Below are positions 1 through 10,212 of a stretch of DNA of 64,000 bases, in pieces; position 1 is the first letter of the stretch; each line of letters opens with the position of its first letter. The stretch is from Neoechinorhynchus agilis. Lineage: Eukaryota > Animalia > Acanthocephala. Below the pieces are notes generated by a model. The model ran no database searches. It was not told the DNA's origin and was given only the letters and a program-made list of their open reading frames with translations. The DNA lies in contig JBMGUZ010000008.1 of NCBI GenBank assembly GCA_051530055.1, forward strand, positions 1-64,000. The letters run 5' to 3'. Position numbers and translations under genes: made by a program.

Positions 1-546
1 CGACAGACAATAATAGAATGTAATCTATAGCTCAAACAGACAACAATATTCGTAAAACTGAAATGTTCAAATCATTTTTAAGTGAATATAATATCAATTT
101 GCATTGCGGCCTCATTGTCAAGTTTATGTGTCGTCTTGATTTAGTATATCTTTGGTCACAGGTTTACTAATAAGATTCGCAGCTGAAATTAATTTTTCAT
201 TTAAGGCGATCGTTCACTAGGAGCGAGCACAAATTATGATTTCCATACGTGCCTTGTATTCTTAACGGCTTTAAAGCGACGGTCCTGAAATGAGATCTAA
301 GAATATCCCGTTTTTTAGCGCAGGCATTTGCCTGGATGCGATAATTTCTACACCGTTGACGACAATGAATTATGGATACCGCATTCTTGACTACCTCTTT
401 TCCCTACACCCTGCAGCCTAAAGCTCCTGAGAAAGCATTACGCTTCTGATCTTACAGAAGACATCTTCGCCATTGATAATGCTGCACCATCTAACTCGTA
501 TGATAAGTGTTATCAGAGTGAGGGAACATCAAGTTCGCTACTTACA

Positions 547-1062
547 ATGAATCTATCGGTGCTGTTGGCATTGTGCTTAGCCTGCCTTTCATCCGGATTT
601 CTATTCTCAAAGAAATGCCCACTGAAGACAATTAAACCCAATGCAATTCGCTATATGCAGATAAAAGGGGACATCCGTGTAGCTCCGAGAACTTATGACA
701 AATTAAAGCAGCTCGCACCAAGTCTCAAAAGATGCAACATTAAATTAGAACTCAATTCCGGATTTCAAAAGACCTTGAATCAATACTTAGATCCAGACGT
801 TGAGGAAGTCAAACATCTATTGGTGGGAAATGCGGTGAAAATGACAGTAAAAGATAACAACGGTCAAGTGCTATGCAATGAAGTATGTCTCAAAAAATCA
901 TACACGCCACCACTGATTTCATCTAAACTTACATGCTTGGACACTTCTTTACAACAATTGGGACTTAAGCGATATCAGAATCTCATCTATGATCCATACA
1001 TGCATCTGAAGGCTCACAATTTTAATCAAAAAAATGAAGAACTAAAAAAGAGCTGCGCTTGA
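547..1062 (+). CDS. Secreted 171-aa Cys-containing protein; probable catalytically dead peptidase M15/Hedgehog-DD-peptidase (LAS) fold
   Basis: Intact single-exon ORF with a clear signal peptide (MNLSVLLALCLACLSSG). LNSGFQ...HLLVGNAVKM...CNEVCL...DPYMHL parallels the M15 pattern (vxSgfR...HxxGxAxD...H), but the H and D zinc ligands are replaced. The ORF is solid; the fold call is tentative. Confidence 0.6.
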   Translation: MNLSVLLALCLACLSSGFLFSKKCPLKTIKPNAIRYMQIKGDIRVAPRTYDKLKQLAPSLKRCNIKLELNSGFQKTLNQYLDPDVEEVKHLLVGNAVKMTVKDNNGQVLCNEVCLKKSYTPPLISSKLTCLDTSLQQLGLKRYQNLIYDPYMHLKAHNFNQKNEELKKSCA

Positions 1063-1434
1063 TTCTTTTAAAAGGAAAGCAATGATGTCTTTATTTAAAA
1101 GATATTTTATGATGATTTAAAGGTATGGTCATTTAAAATTGCAGAATTATTTGAATTGTATACATTTTTCCACGATGCATATTAAGACTGTAAACTTTAA
1201 ATGTAATAGGCGCTAACCTGTCACTTACTCTTTAGATAGGAAATGACAATTGTCTAAATAAAAAATTGATATATCTATGTTGTTTTTAATTTCTCATTAG
1301 TAGACTCCAATTATGGTAAATAAAAAGTGTATAAAACAGACAACAGCCGAATATATAGATTTAATAATTTAACTTTGTGGTGAAGTTATTCCCCCTGTTA
1401 GTAAGTAGTTTATTGTTAAGAACTATTTCAAAGG

Positions 1435-1500
1435 AGGAAGCCTCGCCCCATCAGTAATTGTTAGTTATTAAAAGATGAACAATTACTGATGACGCTTCCT
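1435..1500. repeat. Inverted repeat / hairpin (14-bp perfect stem plus outer 7-bp stem)
   Basis: catcagtaattgtt (1449-1462) is the exact reverse complement of aacaattactgatg (1478-1491), with a 15-nt loop. aggaagc (1435-1441) pairs with gcttcct (1494-1500). Confidence 0.8.
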
Positions 1501-2315
1501 ATTTCAAAATATTTGTGAAAATCGAAGGATACATGTTTTTCCCCAATTTGACGAAATTTATTAAATTATTTAAAGTAAAAGGTCAATATTTCGACTCGCT
1601 TGTGAGTCTCCTTCAGTATGTCTAAAAAGAGTAGGAAAGTTTTTTAAGTGATTGGAGTACTTATTTTGAGCACATAATTCGTCTTATTGCCTTCCATTGT
1701 ATCATATTGTTTAATAAAAATCGACTCAGCGATAATACGACTTCAAATAAAGCAAAATCAATCAAAAACAATTTTATCAACCATAATTCATCGTACATAA
1801 GAAAAATTCTTAAAAAAATACGATGTGAACGGCGAAAAATGTTTAATGAAACCAAAACGAAACAATGTACGAGATCTGAACGCAAACAAAATAATGAGCG
1901 AAAATCTGAGGACCCAAAGAACCGGTGGGAGTATCTTCACCACAATTGTAACTTTGTCATCCCGAGGGATTTTCTTTATGTATATTTAAGAAACATTCCA
2001 CAGCAATTGAATGGAAAGATGCTGTTGACAAATACAGCAATGCTAGTAATTTCTACAGCAAATGTTCACCTCGAGAAATTTGGTTCAGAATAATATTGCA
2101 GAGAATTAAGAGCCTACGTAAAATTATCCAAAAAAATTGACGCCCTTTGTCGAACGACATTAGCAACTTCCATTTAAACGAAAGATATTGAGCAGCATTT
2201 TATATGATATTTGTTATGATGATAAAAATTTATATTTAGTCACTCAAACAATGTTCAAATCCTGTGTTAATATTAAGATATATACATAAATTCAATTCAA
2301 TACCAAGAAAAGTAC

Positions 2316-2387
2316 GGCTCAGTGGTCTAGTGGTATGATTCTCGCTTTGGGTGCGAGAGGTCCCGGGTTCAATTCCCGGCTGAGCCC
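2316..2387 (+). tRNA. tRNA-Pro (anticodon TGG)
   Basis: 72-nt cloverleaf: acceptor stem GGCTCAG/CTGAGCC, anticodon arm CTCGC-TT-TGG-GT-GCGAG, T-loop GGTTCAATTCCC. Intronless and followed by T-runs. Confidence 0.97.
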
Positions 2388-2399
2388 AGCGTTCTTCCC

Positions 2400-2458
2400 A
2401 GCAAAGGATTTTTTGATTTTTTAATTCCCTTAGCAAAGGATTTTTTGATTTTTTAATT
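2400..2458 (+). terminator. Pol III terminator region, tandemly duplicated (2 x 27 bp)
   Basis: agcaaaggattttttgattttttaatt occurs at 2400-2426 and 2432-2458. Each copy has two T6 runs and lies just downstream of the tRNA. Confidence 0.75.
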
Positions 2459-5400
2459 AATTCAACGTGTTCTATTGAACACTGATTCCCGTTCTTTTTA
2501 CTGAACGCGTCTTTATTATTTTCCGGGCACCTAGAAAAGTTAAAAAAATTTGCATCGACAAAAGTTTTGTGGAACTCCATTGACACTTGGCGTTCATTGC
2601 GTTTCAATTATGAATTGTAAGATTTTTGGTTGATGAATTATTATTATTAAATTCAAACTCACGCCTCATACAAACAAACACACAAATCAGGGTTGATGAA
2701 TAGAAACTGAAAACATTGAACGTTCAGTGTTTAAAATGCACCATTTTAGACCGATGAAAAAAATTGAACATAATATTACCTAGTGGTTTTGAAGTGTGAA
2801 AAAAGCCAGCAATGTTTGAGTCTATTCTTTACTGAGATCACAGACATAAAGACGACACCCCCAGCCCTTCTACGCGGACTACCACCTTTTCAAATTACTT
2901 TTTTTGTAACTAATAACCGTCTCTGTTAATTTGACTTCTTTGATTTTATTTTAAAAGAGTAAAATTCAGCACGGGATCTAAAGCTGTAAATTCAGATTTT
3001 TTATCAGTTCATAAATAATATTGACGATGCAAACCGATTTGAAGACTGAAAAATACTTTCAAGAACAATTCATGTCGCTTAATTTGCGACTATCCATGAA
3101 ATTGGATGCGTTTAACAGCAGAAGTTTGGCAATTTTTCTGTTTTAAATGTACTCAAATCAAAAATTCAGGTCAAAGTAGAAAAGTAAAATAAAATGCTTA
3201 GTATTGTCTCGATTTAGAAAGATTGAGCGATTTTCTACGTTTTTAGAGAGAAGTCGCGCTTTTTGTTTGAACAAAAGATGACACATTTCACGACCGTGGA
3301 GAAATGTTTCACTAACCGAGCGCAATGAGTTGGATGCATGAGCAGCCTGAAATGAGGTATAACAAGACGACCAAAGCCAAGAACGTTCGTTCAACATTTA
3401 TGTTCGTTTTGACAGAAGGGCGCCCCTTTTGACATTAGTGTTTTCGATCAAAAAATTAAATGCAAATAAATATAGAAAGTAGCAAACCGAGTGCAGCTTC
3501 GAGATCAGCTCCGAGGTCAGTACAAGAATTTGCTGGAAGGTGAGAAACATCCCAATTGCTTTAAAAAGCAAAATTTTAACTAATAGAGTCTATCTTATTA
3601 TCGAATTTTTAAAAATTGGCGTTGACACTTAAGAACGTCAAAGTCTATTGGAGGGAAAGTGCTATTTCATTTTTGAAGTTTTTCATACTGACCATTAAAA
3701 CATTCATAACTTCGATTTTATATTGGGTTCGAGAAATGAGATTGTCGGTTCTCTACATGATAAGCAGAATACGCTCACTTTTTGAATGAGTTTAGGAAAA
3801 TAAAATCCGATAAATGCAGGCGTTTTGAATAATAATCGTGAACTGTACAATCCAACAACTTGGTTTATTTTACAAAATTGAAAATATTAAATAGACGACT
3901 TTGGCCTACACAAAATTGAGGTACACCCAGAAAATTAGACGGGCAAAGTATCCCAAGGGAGCTGGTATTAAAAATCCCTCCAGATTTATATTGGGTTAAT
4001 GGGATTCTTTGTTCGTGACTTTTATCCGGAAAATTCGCGAAGCTGTCTCATGTGCCTAAGTGTATCCTTTACTTCAAAAACTAAATTTTTGAGGTGTTTA
4101 TATTACCAAAAGATTCTATTGCTGCAATAACTCCACAGCGCAAGGAAAAAAGATTTACTTCGTGAAAATACCATGGGGTTTACTACGTCTTCAAAATAAG
4201 CGGTATGTTCGCAATTAGATGAATTTTGGCCCCAGAAACGGAAATTCTCAAATGACAGGAAATGTAGCTGGGCAATGTTTTAATGTCCATAAATTTTCAC
4301 ACTTAACATTTCATTTGCGACCTTAAACTGGTGATTAGTTTCAAACCCTAAGTTTGTTGCAATGCGACAGTAAGTATTGCTAAACATCTCAGGTCACCAG
4401 AATGTCGCATTTGAAACATAAAATAACTACTGATGAAAATAAGAAAGATGAAACAAGACATTTTGCTCGTATTTCGAAACTTGGTAGGTTCATTAGTTAA
4501 CCAACTAAATACTTCTTATACAATAATCTAATGCTAAAAAGTATATTTTAATGTCTTCCAAAAATTTACAATTCAAATTGAGGTTTTTTGGAAAATCTAA
4601 TAAAAAATTCTTTTCCTTCAATTGCAAGAACCACTAGGCCTATTAAATTGTTATTGTAATGATGAATATCTGTTTAATCTAGAACGCTTTATTTACAAAA
4701 ATTAAAAGGAAATTTGAAAAGCATTAAAGTGCAATTCCATAAGTATTTAGGACTTCCTCAGCTTAAGAGCAAAGCGATAAGCTCAACTTCTACTTTAAAA
4801 AGTGTCAAAACAAATGCTCATTACTTCCCTTTGATAGATTTTCTTCACCCAAGAGTTTCACTCAATTTCCCCAGTGTACACCTAAAGCCTTTTAAAATAT
4901 TGATTTCTTTATTAGACACTTCTTGTGGGCATTTCCTCTTGCATCACGCATTTCTGGTTGTTCTTTGATTCACGAGATAGAAAGGTTTTTACAGTTGATA
5001 GACTCCAAGCATTGCGTGGTAGATTCCATCATTCAGTTTCAGAATCGAGAATTTAATAAAGGAAATTCTGTTAGGTCATCCGATAACTTTTTCAGGTCCC
5101 TCGAGGAATTCGTTGCGCTTTTATGAAACAAAGGAATTTTAGGTATCTGCACCTTATATCTGATTAGAATGGTTGCGTAAATCCAGGTCTAATAGAATTT
5201 TCTTAAGAAGTGTAGGTTTGTATTTAAATTAGGAAAACCGTGCTTTGGGAACAATCCCAGATGCAAATGAAAAATGACATTTTTCGCGGTTTTCAAAAGG
5301 AGGTCATGACAAGAGTTGAACTTACAAAGATGTTCCGTCGTTTCTTTTTTAAATGTGCGTGCGTCGCTCGCAAATTCTAAATTAGGCGGTCTCTTTCACT

Positions 5401-5556
5401 CAATTCCGATTGTCCTATTCAATTTTAATACCTGTTACATGACAGGGAAAATCACAACTCTATCGCTCATCCATTATTTCTAGCCTCATTAAACATCCAA
5501 AGGGAGTCAATTGCAACAGACTAAGTAAAATAATCGAGGAAAAATGTCTGGAAAAA

Positions 5557-8084
5557 GTGAATAGTTCCAGCATACATGATAATTGCATAATATTTGAGGT
5601 TGACAAGACTGAAGAAAGATCCCTTGTTGAACGAATTCTTAACGGCAGTTATCTAACCGTGGAAAGGGGACAAGTACCTGCGGTAAAAGGTGTCGCCAAA
5701 TCAGCTTCACAAGTAATACAACCTTCACCTCCAGCGAATCATTCCCGGAGGAGTGCATCGCGGCAGTCTTATATTAAACAAGATTTGAACGAAATGAGTC
5801 ATAATCACCACAAATCACCCCGTGTACTTTATCTGAACGAGTACAACAATCTTAGGAGTCTGCAAGTCAGTCAATTTGAACGCGAACTTCCACGGCTAAG
5901 ACAGCGAATTAATAATGGCACGCGTAAGTGAATTCGTAGCTGAAAAAACCTTCAAATTTAGCCTATCAGATCCGCCACAAAATTCGTCACTTCTTCAAGA
6001 GCATGCTCAAAAGTTTAACAATGGTTGGTCTCTACGGGATAGGACCAAAGACAACATCGACAAGCGAAAGCGAGATTCGTTAACACTGCTTAAGAAAGAT
6101 AGACCGGATAGTATATTTGTGAGGCAGTCAATAAATAAAACAAATGGGGTAATGTGAACTTTTATTTCTATTAGGTTCGATTTATCAACGAATTTTTAGA
6201 ATTTTAATTTCCACAGTTACGATAATAATATTGGCGGCAATATTTTGGAGCCCGTCCAATCTATAATTTGCGTTCGGCATGGAGAGCGTGTGGATTTTGC
6301 ATTTGGTCCTAACTGGACAGAGCGAGCGTTCAACAAGAAAACAGGTAGGCGTTGGAAATAACGATATTTTTGTAAAAGTAGCCGAAAATCAGCGCGAATG
6401 ATTTCTATAGGTGGCTCTAATACGAATCTTACACTTCTTAAGTTTAAATAGACAAATTGGTTAACATATTTAAAAAGTAAAGAGCTCTAAGGTTTTAAAC
6501 ACTTAATCCAAGTACTCATCTCTTTTAACGCTATGCAGTCATCGCTAATAAACAGTTCGGCAACAACGACCATCTTCTCCGAAAAAATAATAATCGGTCA
6601 CATTTATTGTTCGTTGTAGCAAAATTTTACAATGATATGGTTGCAGTGCTGGATGAAAATCTATACTAATACTTGAAATTCTGGTTATTGAATCTTATAC
6701 GGTTTAGAGGACACTAGTTTACGTTCAACTGACATCGCTACTACCGACATGAGCACCAGCACTGAAACCAACATCACTTCCTACACCACAACAAACACCA
6801 TCACCAATTTATGCAATATCAACAGCACTAAAATGACCGTTAAGGCCATTATTACGGTTACTACGATTACCGAGACAACAATTACCACAGATATAAACGA
6901 CCTCTCTGCGGTTAACACTACGAAAACAGCTGAATCGACTACTTCGTCCATAACCGTTGAAAATTCCAGTGCGAACAAATGCAAGAATTTTCGACATAAT
7001 GAAAACCTGCAACATTGCAATGCAAAAAAACGGGAATATCGCCCACTTATCTTACTAGTGAGTGGCGATTCTCATGTTCCAAACCAAGTGAAATATTTGC
7101 TCAAACTTTAAAGGCTATTACTTTTTACATTTTCGCCACTACTATTCAACCGTTTTTCGTCTTTTCGACTTTATCGATAGTTTTATCAAAACATACTTAA
7201 AATTTAGGTCAATACAACCGAGTAAACCTTAATTTACCCTGTGTACTTCCAAAGCGAGCAAATCCATGGAAGGATTTTATTGGTGATTCTCCTCTAACCG
7301 AGATCGGTATGATGCAAGCTTTACTTACAGGTCACTATTTAAACTAATTATTCACAAAAAGATTCCTTTTTATCTTTTAGGTGAAGCTCTTAAGGAGAAG
7401 AATGTCCCAATTAAATGGTGTTATTCATCTCCGTCTTTACGTTGTATTCAAACGGCTCATTATATTTTAAAAGGCAAGTACAAAATAATGAAAAATCCCA
7501 AATGCACCGAATTGGATTTTACAGAATTACAACAGATCATCACACTATTAAACTTCGTTCGTCTTTTAGGAATAGGAATAGAAAAATCTGTCAGTATTAG
7601 AATTGAGCCGGGACTTTTGGAATTCCTTGGATGGTATGAACGAGGACGGCCGAATTTCATACCGAACAAGGAACTGAAAGCATTTGGATACAATGTAGAT
7701 CTTACGTATTCTCCTAAGCTGCCTAAGGAGATGCTGAATCACGACGAGAAATATATAGATTATTACAACAGAAGTCATAAAGTCACTTATTACATCGCCG
7801 AGGCCCATGCACTCGCAGGCGGAAATATTTTACTAAGTGGACATGCCGGCACTTTGGAGACATGCACGAGACAAATCATAGGAATGCAGCCGCGATCGTA
7901 TCAAGAGTTCAATCAGGTGATACGAAAGGTTCCGTTTCTTGGACTCAACATGATTGAGAGGAAGAAATATTCTAACTTTGATAAAACACCAACTTACGGA
8001 CCGTGGAGTTTCAAAGAGCCTCCTATTCCACCCGTGCAACATAGTCAGAATTTTGCTTATGATTGGAGGACCATCGTCTCGTAA
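5557..8084 (+). CDS. UBASH3: UBASH3/STS-1 (ecdysteroid-phosphate-phosphatase-like) histidine phosphatase; multi-exon, 5' end uncertain
   Basis: Phase-compatible exons: ?-5923, 5970-6148, 6200-6344, 7208-7330, 7381-7473, 7570-8084. They encode IICVRHGERVDFAFG, YNRVNLNLP, DSPLTEIG..QA..TGEAL, YSSPSLRCIQTA, IRIEPGL, ILLSGHAGTLE, RKVPFLG and PPIPP, all hallmark UBASH3 phosphatase-domain motifs with the catalytic RHG, R, E and H intact. Confidence 0.88.
6708..7111 (+). other. Thr/Ser-rich (mucin-like) ORF or cassette exon inside the long UBASH3 intron
   Basis: 120-aa Thr-rich ORF at 6749-7111. It extends in frame to a tttag acceptor (exon start 6708, phase 1) and contains a strong gtgagt donor at 7058. 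Confidence 0.35.
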
Positions 8085-8511
8085 TTTTCAGTTCTCTTAT
8101 TTATGTACCTAGAAAAGGTCAATATGTATGGGTGCTCTAAATAAATCACGAATGTCTTCTGTTTTTTATCCTTTTAACAAATAATTCTTTTAAGCTCAAT
8201 GCAAGTATCTAAGAGCCAAAAACATTCTAAGTTCTAAAACGTGCGAGTTTTTGTAATCATTATTTTAAACTTGAACAATTCATTTGAAGGTGAGTCCGTA
8301 GAGTTGCAACAGTGAACGAAAAATTTTAAAATTGATATAAAATATATAAGAAAATAGACAAGATGTAAAAACCGAAAACCATTGACTGTGGTTGACAATG
8401 CCAAAAATATTTTATGCTCAGGAATGGAATTAGCAGTCTTAATTTTTATTTTTTAAAGGTAATTACTAAATCACTTGCAAACAAACTCCAATATTTAAAA
8501 ACTTACAAGCA

Positions 8512-9148
8512 ATGATTTCTTCATCAATCCCAATATTTCAAGCGATTAAACCACCGTCCCCTCGCTCCACTCGGGACTTAACCATCTCACCAATCCACGA
8601 TTCGCCTCATGTCGCACCGCCCACGCCCGACGCTGCTGACGACGGTCCCCTCAACGCGCCACCTGTTAATCACGCGGATAACGAGAGGACCGACGCTGTA
8701 AATTCACAAAATCAACTTTGGTCCGGACAACCTGTAGAGAACAAGCGGCAAACGGAAATTGCAAGTACTCTGGGAGGTGAGGATAATGCTGCCCGAGATC
8801 CGAAGGTCTCAACACATAATTGCTTGGTATGTGACAAGCAGATCAAAAATACGAAAAGGGGGAGAATTTTGGACTCAGGGCCCAAGGGATTTCCGATGTG
8901 TTGGTTCCGGCCTTCTGCTAGCAAGCTCTGCTCCTCAGCTCAATGAACCTCTTTAGAACATCTAAAACATCGTCCATTGCACCCCTTCGTTGCTGGAGAT
9001 CGTGCGTTGCCCAGAAACATCCTGAAGCAGATCCCGAAGAGCGCTCGATTTCAGGTAGCGACGAGGTATTCAGCCCTGCTAAGCCACTGTCTCGAGACAA
9101 ATACCGAAATATCTTGTACACTCCGTTTCGCATTCCCGAGACTGGTAC
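8512..9148 (+). mobile_element. CRE-clade non-LTR retrotransposon copy 1, 5' segment (frameshifted)
   Basis: Pro-rich N-terminus, CxxC...GPR..RCVGSG zinc-finger-like motif and ILKQIPKSAR motif. The reading continues across the Gypsy insertion (FPRLVLCARVPSDESLATLIKKR). Confidence 0.7.
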
Positions 9149-9283
9149 TGTGATATCGATTAGTTTCGACTACATCATAAATGTAATTATATTATCTATT
9201 ACTAACCGTTATCGTTCGTTGTACCATGAAACGTTTTCGCGGTTCCGTTAGCTAAATAAAACCACGTTTTCGGTTCTACAACA
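9149..9283 (+). repeat. 5' LTR
   Basis: tgtgatatcg...ctacaaca; 3 mismatches in 135 bp versus the 3' LTR; contains aataaa. Confidence 0.96.
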
Positions 9284-9299
9284 ATTTATTTAGCTAACG

Positions 9300-10212
9300 A
9301 TGGATCATCAGGAAATTCTGTCGACAAAAACTGGCTCAGTCGAAGACAGTCATCCGCAAGCTGTGCATCCTAGTTTCAAAACCGAACGGTTGAATATTCT
9401 ACCTCACCAGGAGGACGCAAGAAAAAAGTTCCGACTTTGGAAGCGGAATTTCGAGTACACAATAAAGAAACTTGCGGACAAGAGTGGTAGGATGGAAATA
9501 CTCTGCGCTCACATAGGACCTGATGTTTATGAGCTTATTGAAGAATCCGAAGACTTTGATCAGGCTTTTGAGACGATTGAGAAACTCTTTGTGAAGAAGC
9601 CTAACGAAATTCTACCTAGGCACTTGTTATCGACAAGACGACAGTTGGAAAATGAGAGCATAGATCAATACGTTCAAGCATTAGGGATGATTGCCAAAGA
9701 CTGTTCCTTCAAAATCGTCAGCGCCGAAGAAGCAAAATCAGATTATATACGAGACTTTTATCGCAGGTCTCCAATCAAACAGAATACGTCAGAGATTGCT
9801 CGAATGTGAAGAACTGACACTGTGCAAAGCGATTGAGATCGCCAAGAGCGTTCAGTATGCGTTTGAAAGTATGGAGCGCTTCGGCGATCATAGTAGCGAT
9901 CCTCTTAGATGCATGAAAGTACAAATCGACGAGAACGACCATAGAAACGATCCGTTTAAATGCAGGCGAATACGAACTGACGAATATGACGATAAATTGC
10001 AATCATTGAACGCGATAAATAGAGAACATGATAGCAGGCTCGAAGAATTCAATCGTACGTCAGTTTGCTATTTTTGTGGGAGGAAACGACATCCTCACAA
10101 ATTATGCCCTGCCGCCGAAGTACAGTGCTATAAGTGTCAAAAACTCGGACACTTCGCGAGAATGTGTCGGTCAAAAAAGCTAACAACGCTAACTTGTCTT
10201 CGGTCTACTTAG
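9300..10212 (+). pseudogene. gag: Gypsy gag (frameshifted near 9760) with CCHC knuckles
   Basis: ORFs 9300-9809 and 9691-10212 join at IRD|FIAGL. Motifs CYFCGRKRHPHKLC and CYKCQKLGHFARMC. Confidence 0.88.

Noticed and set aside
1707-2093. 128-aa K/N-rich ORF starting at TTG
   Set aside because: No motif or convincing splice context; plausible by chance in AT-rich DNA or a decayed transposon.
2236-2607. 123-aa minus-strand ORF
   Set aside because: It is the antisense read-through of the tRNA-Pro gene ([11 protein letters not shown] is the usual tRNA artefact).
3477-3539. Possible small exon (KVANRVQLRDQLRGQYKNLLEG, gtgaga donor)
   Set aside because: It cannot be linked to any gene from sequence alone; too short to support.
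4714-5126. Short ORFs upstream of the phosphatase gene
   Set aside because: No recognisable motifs or consistent splice phases.
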